From an uncultured delta proteobacterium (GTDB taxonomy: Bacteria > Desulfobacterota > Binatia > UBA9968), in contig CAVYTU010000017.1 in NCBI GenBank assembly GCA_963771465.1, positions 800,001 to 864,000 on the forward strand: a DNA stretch of 64,000 nucleotides, written 5' to 3'. Below, piece by piece: positions 51,973 to 61,912 of this stretch. The notes beneath the pieces were generated by a model. That model was not told where the DNA came from. It searched no databases and saw only the letters and a list, made by a program, of their open reading frames with translations. How positions within the stretch are numbered: the stretch's first letter is position 1; each line of letters opens with the position of its first letter. Made by a program: the position numbers and the translations under genes.

Positions 51973-52986
51973 TCATTTCTTCTTATAGAGGCCGTCGATG
52001 AAGCCGCTTTGATCGAGCTCGCGGATAAAAGTGTTGTCGACGAACTGCTCTGGCTTCACTGATTTCGCTCTTGGGTCTCTTTCAGCGAGATCTTCTATGA
52101 CAGTTTTGAGGCCCTCTAGGCTCGGATACTGTTTTTTCGGATAGAGCGTTTCGTGCATGACATTTTCGTAGCTCTTTTGGAGAATCTCGCGATCGAGGCC
52201 GCTGCCCATGTATTTGCTGAGCGCGCGAATGGTCGCTTCCTTGTCGGTCCACATTCTGTGCACGGCTTCGACATGGGCTCGGACATAGCGCCGCACGATG
52301 TCGTTGTGTTCGCGAATGTACTTCTTGGTGGTTGCCGCGCCGGTGTGTTGAAACACCAATCCCATCTGCGCGACATCGGCGATCACCGCCATGCCGCGCT
52401 TCTCGGCGATGAAACTTGATGGCGGGTTGATCACCGCCGCGGTTACCCTGCCGGTCTGTAAGGCGCCCAAGCGCTCCGGTCCACTGCCGACTTGAATCAG
52501 CGTGACGTCCTTGCCAACGCTCAGCCCAACTCTCTTCAAGGCGAAACGGGCGATGGAATCCGTCGCCGAGCCGAACCGGCTGATTGCCAACGTGCCGCCT
52601 TTTAGTTGCTCGATGGTTTTTACACCGGGTTTACCCATCAAGACATAATTTAGCGACGTGATGCCCGCAGCGACGAAGACCGCGTCTGAACCGCCGATAC
52701 CACTGCTCACCAGGCCCGGCCCAGAAACTTGCGTGATCGGCACATCTCCGGAAACCAGAGCCAGGATCGCAGTTGAACCGCCGGTAAAGAAAATCAGCTG
52801 GACGTCGAGTCCATTCTTGGCGAAGATTCCCGCGTCCTTGGCGACCCAGGCCGGTAACTGGTCAGCGCTGACAGCGCTGTAGCCAACGTTGAGGCGGGTC
52901 GTCTGGGCGAGGCTAATTTTGAGCCGACAGCAAAAAGCGAGCGACAAGTGAGCAAATAAATCCCCAATATATTTTTTCGATTTCAT
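51973..52986 (-). CDS. NMT1/TauA-type ABC substrate-binding protein
   Basis: GIFAKNGLDV; ALVSGDV; SRFGSATD. Confidence 0.88.
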   Translation of the reverse strand: MKSKKYIGDLFAHLSLAFCCRLKISLAQTTRLNVGYSAVSADQLPAWVAKDAGIFAKNGLDVQLIFFTGGSTAILALVSGDVPITQVSGPGLVSSGIGGSDAVFVAAGITSLNYVLMGKPGVKTIEQLKGGTLAISRFGSATDSIARFALKRVGLSVGKDVTLIQVGSGPERLGALQTGRVTAAVINPPSSFIAEKRGMAVIADVAQMGLVFQHTGAATTKKYIREHNDIVRRYVRAHVEAVHRMWTDKEATIRALSKYMGSGLDREILQKSYENVMHETLYPKKQYPSLEGLKTVIEDLAERDPRAKSVKPEQFVDNTFIRELDQSGFIDGLYKKK

Positions 52987-53047
52987 TAGTCACCTCCTAC
53001 GATGATCTGTCAAAGAAATTACTATCACAGGACGCAGGGCCAGAAAC

Positions 53048-53080
53048 AAGAAAGCCCCTGCCGACGGCAGAGGCTTTCTT
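53048..53080. terminator. Intrinsic terminator, possibly bidirectional
   Basis: AAGAAAGCC-CTGCCG-A-CGGCAG-GGCTTTCTT. Confidence 0.7.
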
Positions 53081-53119
53081 TAGGACGAATTAGAAGCGCA
53101 TTGAGTGTTTAATCGTGTC

Positions 53120-53599
53120 GCTTTAGTTTCTGCGAACAGGCGCGGGATAAAGCTTTTGACAAGTCGCCGCAAGCACCCTCGCGGTTGTTGCCCAGGTCTT
53201 TAACTTTGGCGTTAACCTCCGCCTCATTCTTGGCCGTGGCAGCCTTGCTAAGGCTTCGGCTGCTTGCTTGTACTGCATGCAGCTCGGTTTTTGAAGTCAT
53301 CACATTTTTACCCAAATATTCAGGCTTGAGCCCGGGATTTTTCGGTAACGCTTCCTTTTGGAAATAGCGCGAAGAATATTTTCCGTGGTTCCCATGATTT
53401 CCTTTGCCTTAAGTTCGATCGGTCGAAAGTCTTTTTCCTTCAGTGGCTTTCGCAATGGCCTTGACGCGCGAATTTTGCTGTCTCCATCAAGATACTTTTC
53501 TTTTTTTGACGATTTCATCTTGAGCAGAACCGTCGGGAAGAAATGAAAAGAGATAACAACAGCATTGTCACTCCGCTTAATAGTTCCTTGGTAATACAT
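53120..53599 (-). CDS. Class II cytochrome c (c'-like), heavily frameshifted; boundaries approximate
   Basis: Fragments KEKDF..IELKAKEI, LFPKGSVTEKSRA, AATAKNEA and a broken C-terminal ACGD/C heme motif near 53157-53171. Confidence 0.6.
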
Positions 53600-53689
53600 A
53601 AGGTTTCTTTTAATTTTAGTTTTTTAACACACCTGTAGTTTTGTTGTGAATTAAGAGCAAGCTTGAATTTTTAACGAAACTCCTCGTTC

Positions 53690-54139
53690 CACTATTGGCT
53701 TTGGCGCGCGGAAGTCTGCTGTGACAGGCTTTACAGGCCTCTCCCAGGGCTTTAAACTTGTCTTCGACCAATGCCGCATCTCCAGCTTTGGCGGCGGCGG
53801 ATAGCTCTTGGGCCGCTTTGGTTACATTGGCAGGATGTTTGGTGAACTCTGACCACTGTGGCCCATATCTCGGATTTGGCTCTGGAGTCTTTCGAAAGGC
53901 TGCCGCGCGGAAATAACTCAGGAACCTTATTCATATTTTCTTGGATTAGCTTTGCACTTGTTTTCAATCTCAACGAAATTTTTTTCCTTAACGGCTTTGT
54001 TGAGGGCTTCAGCCACTAAGCTATTGTTGCTCTCCATTTGCCGCCGTCTTTGCACGACTGTATCCTGAGCCAGCGCTCCAACGAGAACCACGCAGCCTGT
54101 CGCCAAGATCCCCGTCACCGACCACTTTTTTTTTGTCAT
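53690..54139 (-). CDS. Class II cytochrome c (c'-like), frameshifted; end approximate
   Basis: Signal peptide; LFPRGSLSKDSRAKSEIW; C-terminal ACKACH at 53721-53735. Confidence 0.75.
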
Positions 54140-54160
54140 GCATCGGCTTCACGACCTCAG

Positions 54161-55085
54161 TCAGTTAGTCTTATTAACAATAGGGTGGATCGATTTTAAA
54201 TAATCTGCGATTGCCAGCGCATCCTGCCGCGTCATATTTTTGTAACCCACGGATACTCCTTCGATCACTTCCTCCATGAGACCTTGCACGTTGTCCAAAT
54301 TGGGCTTAAACCCGGTCAAGGTGAGATGCGCGATCTCTTCTCGACTCCATTTTCCTAACCCGGTCTCATTATCCGGAGTAATATTAGGGCTCTCTTCTCC
54401 GAATAATGCGGTTTGACTGCCGGCAAGGTAAAGTTCGGCGCTGTGAAACCCCAAGGAAGTTGCGCGGAGTATGGCAATCACCGCACAGTGAAACATGGTC
54501 AGTTAGATACTGACCTCTCGGGATACCGCCTTTAGGCGCTTCGCGAGGGGGCGTGGAAAAACGACCAAATAACTTTAGCCACAAAGGAGTAAGCAGGGAA
54601 CGGTAAAAAGGGACCCAAGTCTTCAGCCGGGGAGTTTCTTTGCGCACCGGCTTTAGGGTTCGTAAGTAAGTTATCAGGGCCTTTATGTCCTCTTTAGCTA
54701 TGCCGGAGTATGCCTCGTGCGGCATGATCGGCAATATCCATTCGCCGTTTGGGCGGACGCCAGTAGTCATCGCTTTGATAATATCCTTGTCGGACCAACT
54801 GCCAATCCCGGTTTCCTTATCCGGGGTTATATTCGTAGCATACACGGTTCCAAAGGGGATTGGGAAGGCTCGTCCACCTGCGTGGGGTATTCCCTTAGGA
54901 ACCGTATGACAGGCGCAGCCTCCAGCGACTCCGAAAATGTATTGGCCTCTTTCAAGAAGCTCTTTCCGATCCTCTTGGGCGAGACCCATTCGAGGAGTAA
55001 GCGCTGCGAACATGAACAAAACAGGCAACGAATAGAGCGGCCTTAAGAGAATTCTCCACATAACAACGGAGTAAGTCGCCTTCAT
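54161..55085 (-). CDS. Diheme cytochrome c (gluconate/alcohol dehydrogenase cytochrome-like; frameshift near 54450)
   Basis: GGCACH and CGDCH; two NITPD.ETG.G.WS repeats. Confidence 0.85.
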
Positions 55086-55122
55086 CTTGACTTGACATCG
55101 CAGCCTTGCCGCTGGTGTCGCG

Positions 55123-55437
55123 TCACTTCACTTGATCGGCAAGCGCCTTCGCGGCTTTGGCCTTCGCCTCAGAATTGTAATGAAGCTGCGCGTCTTTCTT
55201 GGCACCCGCCTCTTTGTGGTCGGCCACTGATTGTTGCACCATCTCTTTAGCCATCGCGATGTTCGTCAAGGCGCGACCCTTTTCTCTTTCATCGGTAATA
55301 TTGCCAACTGCCGCTTCCGCTTTAGCGATCGATTCATTGGCGGATTTTTGTAGTGCCGGGCATGAGAACGCGAAAACGTTCCCAGCAAGAAGGCCCACTC
55401 CAATTAATGTCCCGAGTCCTAGAATGGATTTTTTCAT
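55123..55437 (-). CDS. Small secreted helical protein
   Basis: Signal peptide; mature N-terminus FSCP; His residues; RBS AGGAGG. Confidence 0.7.
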   Translation of the reverse strand: MKKSILGLGTLIGVGLLAGNVFAFSCPALQKSANESIAKAEAAVGNITDEREKGRALTNIAMAKEMVQQSVADHKEAGAKKDAQLHYNSEAKAKAAKALADQVK

Positions 55438-55527
55438 GCGATCCTCCTTAATAATATTACCGACGTTTAGAACACTATGATGTTTAACGCGCCGTCATTT
55501 GAAGGGCACGCTACCTTCAGTGTCGCG

Positions 55528-55980
55528 CTATTTCACGGGAGTCAGTTGTGCGCGTATTTCTCCGCCCTTATTTGCGGCGCTATGCACATTGACGTAAAGG
55601 TTCCCGGCCAAGTAGCTCGCGTATTGAGGATCCGTCAACTTCGCTCCGGCAGAAGCAGACCATGTGTTATCGGCGGTTTTGGTTAGCGGCACGATTACTG
55701 GGCCGTTCGCACCCTTAGCGCCTTCGTGGATGTGCGCCGCAGTTGCTTCTATGCCAGAAGTCATAACTCTGCCGCTGACCGATTTATCTGACGAGATTAC
55801 AAAAGTGGCGCTTCCGGATGCCGACGTTTTCACCGGCGGAACCTCCTGGTCGCCGGACAATGTAACTTTGATACCCTGCGGGCTCGAACCATTTGTCGCC
55901 GCCAGCCACCGATGAGCAGCACCAAAGCTAAAATTATCGACGATGGTCCAATTTCTGCACAACTCTTTCATGATGCTCAT
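55528..55980 (-). CDS. CHRD-domain protein
   Basis: LSGDQEVPP; AAHIH; GNLYVNVHS..NKGGEIRAQL. Confidence 0.9.
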   Translation of the reverse strand: MSIMKELCRNWTIVDNFSFGAAHRWLAATNGSSPQGIKVTLSGDQEVPPVKTSASGSATFVISSDKSVSGRVMTSGIEATAAHIHEGAKGANGPVIVPLTKTADNTWSASAGAKLTDPQYASYLAGNLYVNVHSAANKGGEIRAQLTPVK

Positions 55981-56002
55981 TAAGTATTGAATCCACTATT
56001 GT

Positions 56003-56568
56003 TTAACTCCCTTGGTTGACCTTCTTAACCGCGTTCAGTAATTGCTCCGTCGTCAGTAAATCTTTCTCAGTGTTGCTCGGCCTAACGTCGTAGTAGCGAA
56101 TAACTCCGTCTTTATCGACGATGACATAGGATCGTTTTGCCACCAGCCGAGCTTCGTCGAAAACGCCATAGGCTCTCATCACTTTGTGAACCACGGTCAC
56201 ATCGCGTACCCCTTAAGCATGGGGTATTGTATTTTGGCGAATTCCGCAAAGGCCTGTTGAGCGAATCTCGTACTCGAGGCGATGCCGAATACTTCTGTGT
56301 TCTCTGCTTGGAATTTTGGATAATTGTCATCCGAACCGGATGCTTGTAAGCACTTTACTCAGGTAGCGCTGAAATCGAAGTTGTAAAAGTTAATCAAGAC
56401 GTTTTTGCCCTTGAGGCTGCTAAGTTTGACCTTTCCGCCTTTAGTGCTGTCGAGCTCAAAGTCCGGCGCCTGGTCGCCAACCCCGATGGCTACGGCGCTC
56501 CGTAGTTGTCCAACGAACAAACTCAAGGAAAGCGCTAGGGCAAAAACTAAAATCTTTTTCGATCTCAT
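56003..56568 (-). CDS. Exported AhpC/TSA peroxiredoxin-like protein, probable selenoprotein (UGA 56361-56359; frameshift near 56210)
   Basis: Signal peptide, VGDQAPDF..., FYNFDFSAT-U-VKC, then in frame YPKFQAENTEVFGIA; C-terminal AYGV...RSYVIVDKDGVIRY. Confidence 0.8.
56328..56342 (-). other. Putative bacterial SECIS element
   Basis: mRNA CAUCCG-GUU-CGGAUG; the loop starts 22-23 nt after the UGA. Confidence 0.6.
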
Positions 56569-56766
56569 AAACGCCTCCAATTAGACGAACGTTAGCGATC
56601 AATCTTCTAAAAAGTTGACGAAATATCTCCTAGAATCCGGTTACTGTCAATCCCTCTGACGGGGTGATGGTATATTCCCCATATGGGTAATTTACGGTTT
56701 TTGGCGCTGCTATTGCGCTTGATGAAAGTAGATTGCAAGATATTACTGTACCATTGGGAGATCTTG

Positions 56767-57393
56767 ATGAAAAAAATCATTGCCGGCGTGAGCGGATTTA
56801 CCCTAGTCACGTTATTGTTAGTGGTTGGGACTACGGCGCACTTGCAGGGGGCTGCTTCAAGCCAGCCCGTAACCGTTCGAGGAAAAATGAGCGGTCTGAA
56901 TGACCAGAACCTTATCGTTGCGACCAACTCCGGCGACGTATTAGTTCAGCTCACTGAGACGACAAAGTTCGTTACCGAGGCGCCGATTAAATTATCGGAG
57001 ATTAAGTCAGGTCTGTATCTTGGAACAACCGCTCAAAAACAAGCAGACGGTACATTCCTGGCGTCCGAGGTTCATGTCTTCGCCGACGATGAGCGCGGAC
57101 TCAGTGAAGGGCATCGGCCGTCGTCGTCGTCGCCGACCAGTACAATGACCAACGCCAATGTGGAGCGGGTTGAAGACGTCGTCGTGCAAGACATCAGAGG
57201 ACCGTTGATGACGCTCAGGTATAAGGACGGCGAAGTGAAAGTGTTTGTGCCGCCCAACGTTCCGATTACCAAGCGTCTGCCCGGCGATCGCAGTTTACTG
57301 AAAACCGGCGCGGTGGTCAGCGTTCAAGCGCTACCGGGCGCGGACGGGGTAATGAGCGCTGCTCAAGTAACCATTCGCAATTTAACTAATTGA
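56767..57393 (+). CDS. Secreted DUF5666-like tandem OB-fold protein
   Basis: Signal peptide; ASEVHVF...EGHRP; STMTNANV. Confidence 0.75.
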   Translation: MKKIIAGVSGFTLVTLLLVVGTTAHLQGAASSQPVTVRGKMSGLNDQNLIVATNSGDVLVQLTETTKFVTEAPIKLSEIKSGLYLGTTAQKQADGTFLASEVHVFADDERGLSEGHRPSSSSPTSTMTNANVERVEDVVVQDIRGPLMTLRYKDGEVKVFVPPNVPITKRLPGDRSLLKTGAVVSVQALPGADGVMSAAQVTIRNLTN

Positions 57394-57432
57394 ACCGCCG
57401 ACCTAGTCGACTTCGCCTGCCGTGAATCCGTA

Positions 57433-58089
57433 CTAAACGCATTGACGCACCGATAGGACTGCGGCCTCTGTGCGGTTTTTAACATCTAACTTGCGAAATA
57501 GTGACTTTAGGTGTCCCTTGATCGTTTCACGCGCCAAGCGCGTGATCTCGCTGATCTCTTCGTTGCTCAGACCCTCGGCTACCAAGCGAAGTATTTTCAT
57601 CTCCAACTCGGTTAGGGAAAATTTTTCGGCGAATTTATTTATGCTGGCCTGGCTCGGCGGCGATTTGGGAAGACCCGTGCGCTCAAGTGCGAGATGAGCT
57701 AGGTACGGCGACGATGGGATTTTCCCGGCGTGGGTTTGCTGGATAATTTTGATGAACTCGGTCCGGTCGGTGTCTTTCAAAATATAACCCAGCGCGCCAG
57801 CGCCAATCGCCGCGTGAATTTTTTCTTCCTCGTGATGCACCGAGAGCATGAGTATCTTGGTCCGCGGCGAGAGCGCGCCGATCAGCCGGGCAGCTTTGAT
57901 CCCGTCCATTTTCGGCATGTCGACATCGAGCAGTGCCAAGTCCGGCTCAAAATCGCGCGCACCGGTCACCGCCTCCTGGCCGTCACCGGCGTCGGCTACG
58001 ACCTTGATGTTGCTGTCGGTCTCAAGGAGAATTTTTAGGCTCTGGCGAAATAGCCTCTCGTCGTCGGCGATAAGCAGTTTGATGGACAT
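57433..58089 (-). CDS. NarL/LuxR-family response regulator
   Basis: LIADD; LLDVDMP; GYILKD; LuxR HTH GLSNEEI...NRTEAA. Confidence 0.92.
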   Translation of the reverse strand: MSIKLLIADDERLFRQSLKILLETDSNIKVVADAGDGQEAVTGARDFEPDLALLDVDMPKMDGIKAARLIGALSPRTKILMLSVHHEEEKIHAAIGAGALGYILKDTDRTEFIKIIQQTHAGKIPSSPYLAHLALERTGLPKSPPSQASINKFAEKFSLTELEMKILRLVAEGLSNEEISEITRLARETIKGHLKSLFRKLDVKNRTEAAVLSVRQCV

Positions 58090-58170
58090 GGTATTAACTT
58101 TCTTTGCCAATGTGCCAACCAATCGATGACCCCAATTCACCAACGCTGTGCGTCCGCGCTCAATTCAAGA

Positions 58171-60594
58171 CTAAACCGGTTTAAGAAGCAAGTGGCGTGA
58201 CGGCGACGTTTCGGTCTTGTCGGGGGCGAGCGCGATTTGCGCGTTGCGCTGCCACAACTGTGTCTGATCTCTGTAGTGAGGTGACAACGGATGGCCCGAT
58301 TGGCCCGACGGTAGGACGAAACTAGAGCGTGGAGATTGTTCCAGCTCGACCAGGAAACGCAACGCAGCACCGGCGCTCTGGGCGAAGGGATTAGAGTGGC
58401 GGTAAAATCCGAAATTGACCGTCATGCCGTCGCCCGGCGCCGGCAGGGGACCGATGCCGAGCAGCGGCTGCAATAACTTGATGCGGCCAAACGTATGATT
58501 CATCTGTAAGCGGTGAATTTTACCCCACTGCCACTTATTCATATCGCTGCCGCATGCGACCGTTAAATCGGCACAAGCTTCTCGCAAGGAGCGCGCGATA
58601 TGCTCGAATCTCGAGCGGCCGGTGAACCAAAGTGAATTGGCATCGCGCAAAATACGATCCGTCGGCACGATACACTGATTGAGTATCTCAACGTACGCCG
58701 ATGAGAGTTGTTCGCCCAAATGCGGCGTCAGCAAATTGACCAACAGGCGGTGGTGAAACCCATGAAAGATCGCTGCCTCGACACTCTGCGCTTCACATCG
58801 GCCATCCCAGGACAGTAAACGCGTCGCCGCCTGTTTGGCTGTTTGGTCTTGATCGGCAATCCGGGCGAGGTCTTCGCCAAGCGTCTCGAGCATTTCCCGA
58901 GCGTGGAGCGAGACATCGTCCAATTGAATATGGGTCAAGTCTTCGGCCGAGAGTTTTTGCCGGGCGCCGAGACGTTGTTCGATGCGGCGCAGGCGCTGGG
59001 GCGGTTCGAAAAAATGCGACAGGTAATAGGGATAGGCGCCGTCGGTGATGTGGTTATTGGCGCTGGCAACGGCGCCTTGGGGCGGATTGTAAACACGCGG
59101 CAGTTCTTCGAACGGAATGTAACCGGACCAATCGTTGCTTTTGTCCGAGCCCGCCAATGGCAGCAGCGTAGGTTCTTCGATGCGGCGGGGAATGTTACCT
59201 GCGAGGCAGTAGCCGATATTGCCGTCGCGGTCGGCGTAGACGAAATTTAGACTGGGCGCACTGTGATCGCGCAGGGCGTCGACGAACTCCGGCCAGTTGC
59301 GGGCGCAATTGATGCGGTGAACACTGCACAACTCTTGGCTCGGCTCGTGCGCGGTCCAACGCAGGGACAAGATTTCACGAGCGTTATCTGCGCCGTTAAA
59401 GTCGCTGATCACCGGGCCATGGCGCGTGTGGCGGATGACCTTTTCGACGGATTTCTTTGCTCTGATCGAGATAGTTTCACGCCGGCTTGTGAGCTTGCGC
59501 CACTCCTGGCCGACGAGATAGCGATCGGGTTCAAGCGAATGGAGCCGCTCGCGATAGATTTCGACATCGTCGCAAAGCGCCGCAGTGGCGCCCCAGGCGA
59601 TCCAGCGATTATGACCCAGTTGAATCCCGGGGGTGCCGGCGATGGAAGCGCCCCAAACTTCGTAGCCGTCGGAACGGTCAGGCGTCGCGTCGGCTTTGAG
59701 ATGCATCAAATACCAGGTCGAAGGCAGAGTCATGCGCAGGTGCGGATCGTTACAGAGCAGCGCCTTGCCCGTAGCCGAGCGCTGCGGCGCCACTGCCCAA
59801 CTGTTGCTGCCATGGCCGGCGGGATGCCAGTTGCTGGCCATTAAAACGCCACTGGTGAATTGCCACATGCCGCTCGCCTGCTGCCACACCGCGCGAGTAG
59901 TAGTCGGTGCATCCGTGGGATAATGGGGCATCAGCGAACGGAGCATTGCCGGTTGGGCGGCGAGTTTGTCGGCAATGGCGATCAGGTTTAGCCGAGTGTA
60001 TAGCGCGGTGGAAAGCAAAAAGGCGAAGCCTTTGACGATGATTAAACTATCTTCCGGGCGCCATGGCTCAGGTGCGTGGCGCAGCAGGCGAAACTCCCAA
60101 GGGAGTCTTTTGCCGCAGTGCTCGATGTAAGCGTTAACCCCGAGACTGTAGTCGCGCAGACGGAGTTGCTCGGCTTCCGGCAGCTGCGCAAGTGAATGGA
60201 GCGCGGCATCGCGGACGCCGAGCAGGCGAACGAAGTAATCGAAGTCGACGCTCGTGCGGCCGCGAAAGTGGGTTGACAATTCTTTCCAGGGAAGGGAAAA
60301 ATCACCGAAGATTTCGGCCATGCGGCCGGCAAGAAAACGCCGGCTGACCTCCATTTGCCAGAGTCTTTCCTGGGCGTGCAGATAACCTTGGGCAATAAAG
60401 AGATCGTGCTCGTTGGCGGCATGGACGTGCGGAATCCCATAATCGTCCCAGCGCACGTCGACGGCAAATGTAAGACCCGGGATGGTCAGCTGACCGGAAT
60501 ATCTGGCGAGCGAATGGCGATCGAGACGGCCAACGATGGGACGTAGGAGCGCCGAAAAGACGGCCGGGAAAAAACCGCTTTTCGGCAGCTCCAT
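58171..60594 (-). CDS. Penicillin acylase family (Ntn) amidase
   Basis: GIPH; HAQERLWQM; nucleophile site G/SNSWAV; NDPHL; GQSG. Confidence 0.92.
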   Translation of the reverse strand: MELPKSGFFPAVFSALLRPIVGRLDRHSLARYSGQLTIPGLTFAVDVRWDDYGIPHVHAANEHDLFIAQGYLHAQERLWQMEVSRRFLAGRMAEIFGDFSLPWKELSTHFRGRTSVDFDYFVRLLGVRDAALHSLAQLPEAEQLRLRDYSLGVNAYIEHCGKRLPWEFRLLRHAPEPWRPEDSLIIVKGFAFLLSTALYTRLNLIAIADKLAAQPAMLRSLMPHYPTDAPTTTRAVWQQASGMWQFTSGVLMASNWHPAGHGSNSWAVAPQRSATGKALLCNDPHLRMTLPSTWYLMHLKADATPDRSDGYEVWGASIAGTPGIQLGHNRWIAWGATAALCDDVEIYRERLHSLEPDRYLVGQEWRKLTSRRETISIRAKKSVEKVIRHTRHGPVISDFNGADNAREILSLRWTAHEPSQELCSVHRINCARNWPEFVDALRDHSAPSLNFVYADRDGNIGYCLAGNIPRRIEEPTLLPLAGSDKSNDWSGYIPFEELPRVYNPPQGAVASANNHITDGAYPYYLSHFFEPPQRLRRIEQRLGARQKLSAEDLTHIQLDDVSLHAREMLETLGEDLARIADQDQTAKQAATRLLSWDGRCEAQSVEAAIFHGFHHRLLVNLLTPHLGEQLSSAYVEILNQCIVPTDRILRDANSLWFTGRSRFEHIARSLREACADLTVACGSDMNKWQWGKIHRLQMNHTFGRIKLLQPLLGIGPLPAPGDGMTVNFGFYRHSNPFAQSAGAALRFLVELEQSPRSSFVLPSGQSGHPLSPHYRDQTQLWQRNAQIALAPDKTETSPSRHLLLKPV

Positions 60595-60632
60595 ACTCGG
60601 GTGATGAGATTTATGCGGTTGCGCGCGCTGAA

Positions 60633-61235
60633 CTAAAGTAAAGCCTTGACCGAAGGGCGGGCTTTCACTCGTTCGAGATATTTTCCCAGGCGCGGGAGCG
60701 CCGCATCGGGCAGCACGCCAAATCCCTCGAGCCGGGTGAAGCGCGGAATCAAGTCGGCGTCGACCAGAGAAAAATCGCCGAGCAAGTATTGCTGTTCGCC
60801 GAGCTCATCTTCGAAACGCTGCAGGAGTTTTTTTAGATCGCTCTTGGCGCCGTCGATGGTCGGCTGGCTTTGTTCCTTCGCTTCTTTCATCAGCTCCATG
60901 CGCAGCTTCTGATAAGCCGAGTCAAAGTGCGCCATGCCGTAGTCGACGAGTATCCGCCCTCGGGCTTTTTTCGCCGGGTCTTTCGGCAGCAGCGGCGGAT
61001 TGGGATATTTTTCTTCGAGATATTCGTTGATGATCAGCGACTCATACAGCACGGTGGAGTCGTCGGTCAGCACCGGCACTTTGCCATAAGGATTCATTTG
61101 CAAATATTCCGGGTTTTTCTGTTCTTTCTTGGTGAGATCGACGGGTACGATCTCGTAGGGCAGATTCTTTTCCGCCAATACCACTTTTACTCTTTGACAG
61201 TTAGGCGACGATTTGAAGTCGTAAAGTTTGATCAC
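60633..61235 (-). CDS. Glutathione S-transferase family protein
   Basis: SPNCQRV; NPYGKVPVL; ESLIINEYLEE. Confidence 0.9.
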   Translation of the reverse strand: MIKLYDFKSSPNCQRVKVVLAEKNLPYEIVPVDLTKKEQKNPEYLQMNPYGKVPVLTDDSTVLYESLIINEYLEEKYPNPPLLPKDPAKKARGRILVDYGMAHFDSAYQKLRMELMKEAKEQSQPTIDGAKSDLKKLLQRFEDELGEQQYLLGDFSLVDADLIPRFTRLEGFGVLPDAALPRLGKYLERVKARPSVKALL

Positions 61236-61367
61236 GGCAATTCTCCTTTTGTGCTATTTTTGGTTTGCAGCTTTTATACTAAGATTCTTGCCAAAGGAAA
61301 AGCGCCATTGTTGATCTACCTATCCTTTGATGTTAAGCGGATAAGACTGATTGCGAAATGAGCCAAC

Positions 61368-61889
61368 GTGAATCCAATCGAAGCGGCGAAAGCCATTGTC
61401 ATGGGTTTGAAAGGCGCGGGCATCAATCTCGTCGCCACGTTGCCGGACGTCAATCTCGCCGACGTCTTGAGCGAAGTCGACGAAGATCGTGAGATTATCC
61501 ATGTGCCGCTGTGCCGCGAGGAAGAGGGCATCGGCATTTGCGCCGGCGCCTATCTCGTCGGCAAAAAATGCGCTGCGATCATGCAGAACGGCGGTTTTTT
61601 CAATAGTAATAACGCCATCGTCAGCACTTTGCTGCAATATCAGATTCCGCTCTTGCTGTTGATTTACTACGCCGGCGACATCGGCGATCGAACGTTTAGC
61701 ACGACGGGCAGCATGACCGAGCCGGTGCTTCAAGCCTTGGGGATTCGCTATTATATCATGCGCGATAGTGAAGACGCTGCCGAGCTGATCAAACGCGCTC
61801 AAGTGCTGAGCGAAGACGCTAAGCGACCGGTGGCGCTCTTGGTAACCAAAGAAGTGCTGGGCCGGCGTGTGGCGCTTCAATCTCTCTGA
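61368..61889 (+). CDS. comD: Sulfopyruvate decarboxylase alpha-like (TPP enzyme PYR domain)
   Basis: REEEGIGICAGAYL; MQNGG. Confidence 0.75.
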   Translation: MNPIEAAKAIVMGLKGAGINLVATLPDVNLADVLSEVDEDREIIHVPLCREEEGIGICAGAYLVGKKCAAIMQNGGFFNSNNAIVSTLLQYQIPLLLLIYYAGDIGDRTFSTTGSMTEPVLQALGIRYYIMRDSEDAAELIKRAQVLSEDAKRPVALLVTKEVLGRRVALQSL

Positions 61890-61912
61890 TTAGGAAATAC
61901 CATATTCGACCG

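Noticed and set aside
53109-53315. Lys/Ala-rich ORF resembling HU or histone-like proteins
   Set aside because: It is better explained as the C-terminal fragment of a frameshifted class II cytochrome c.
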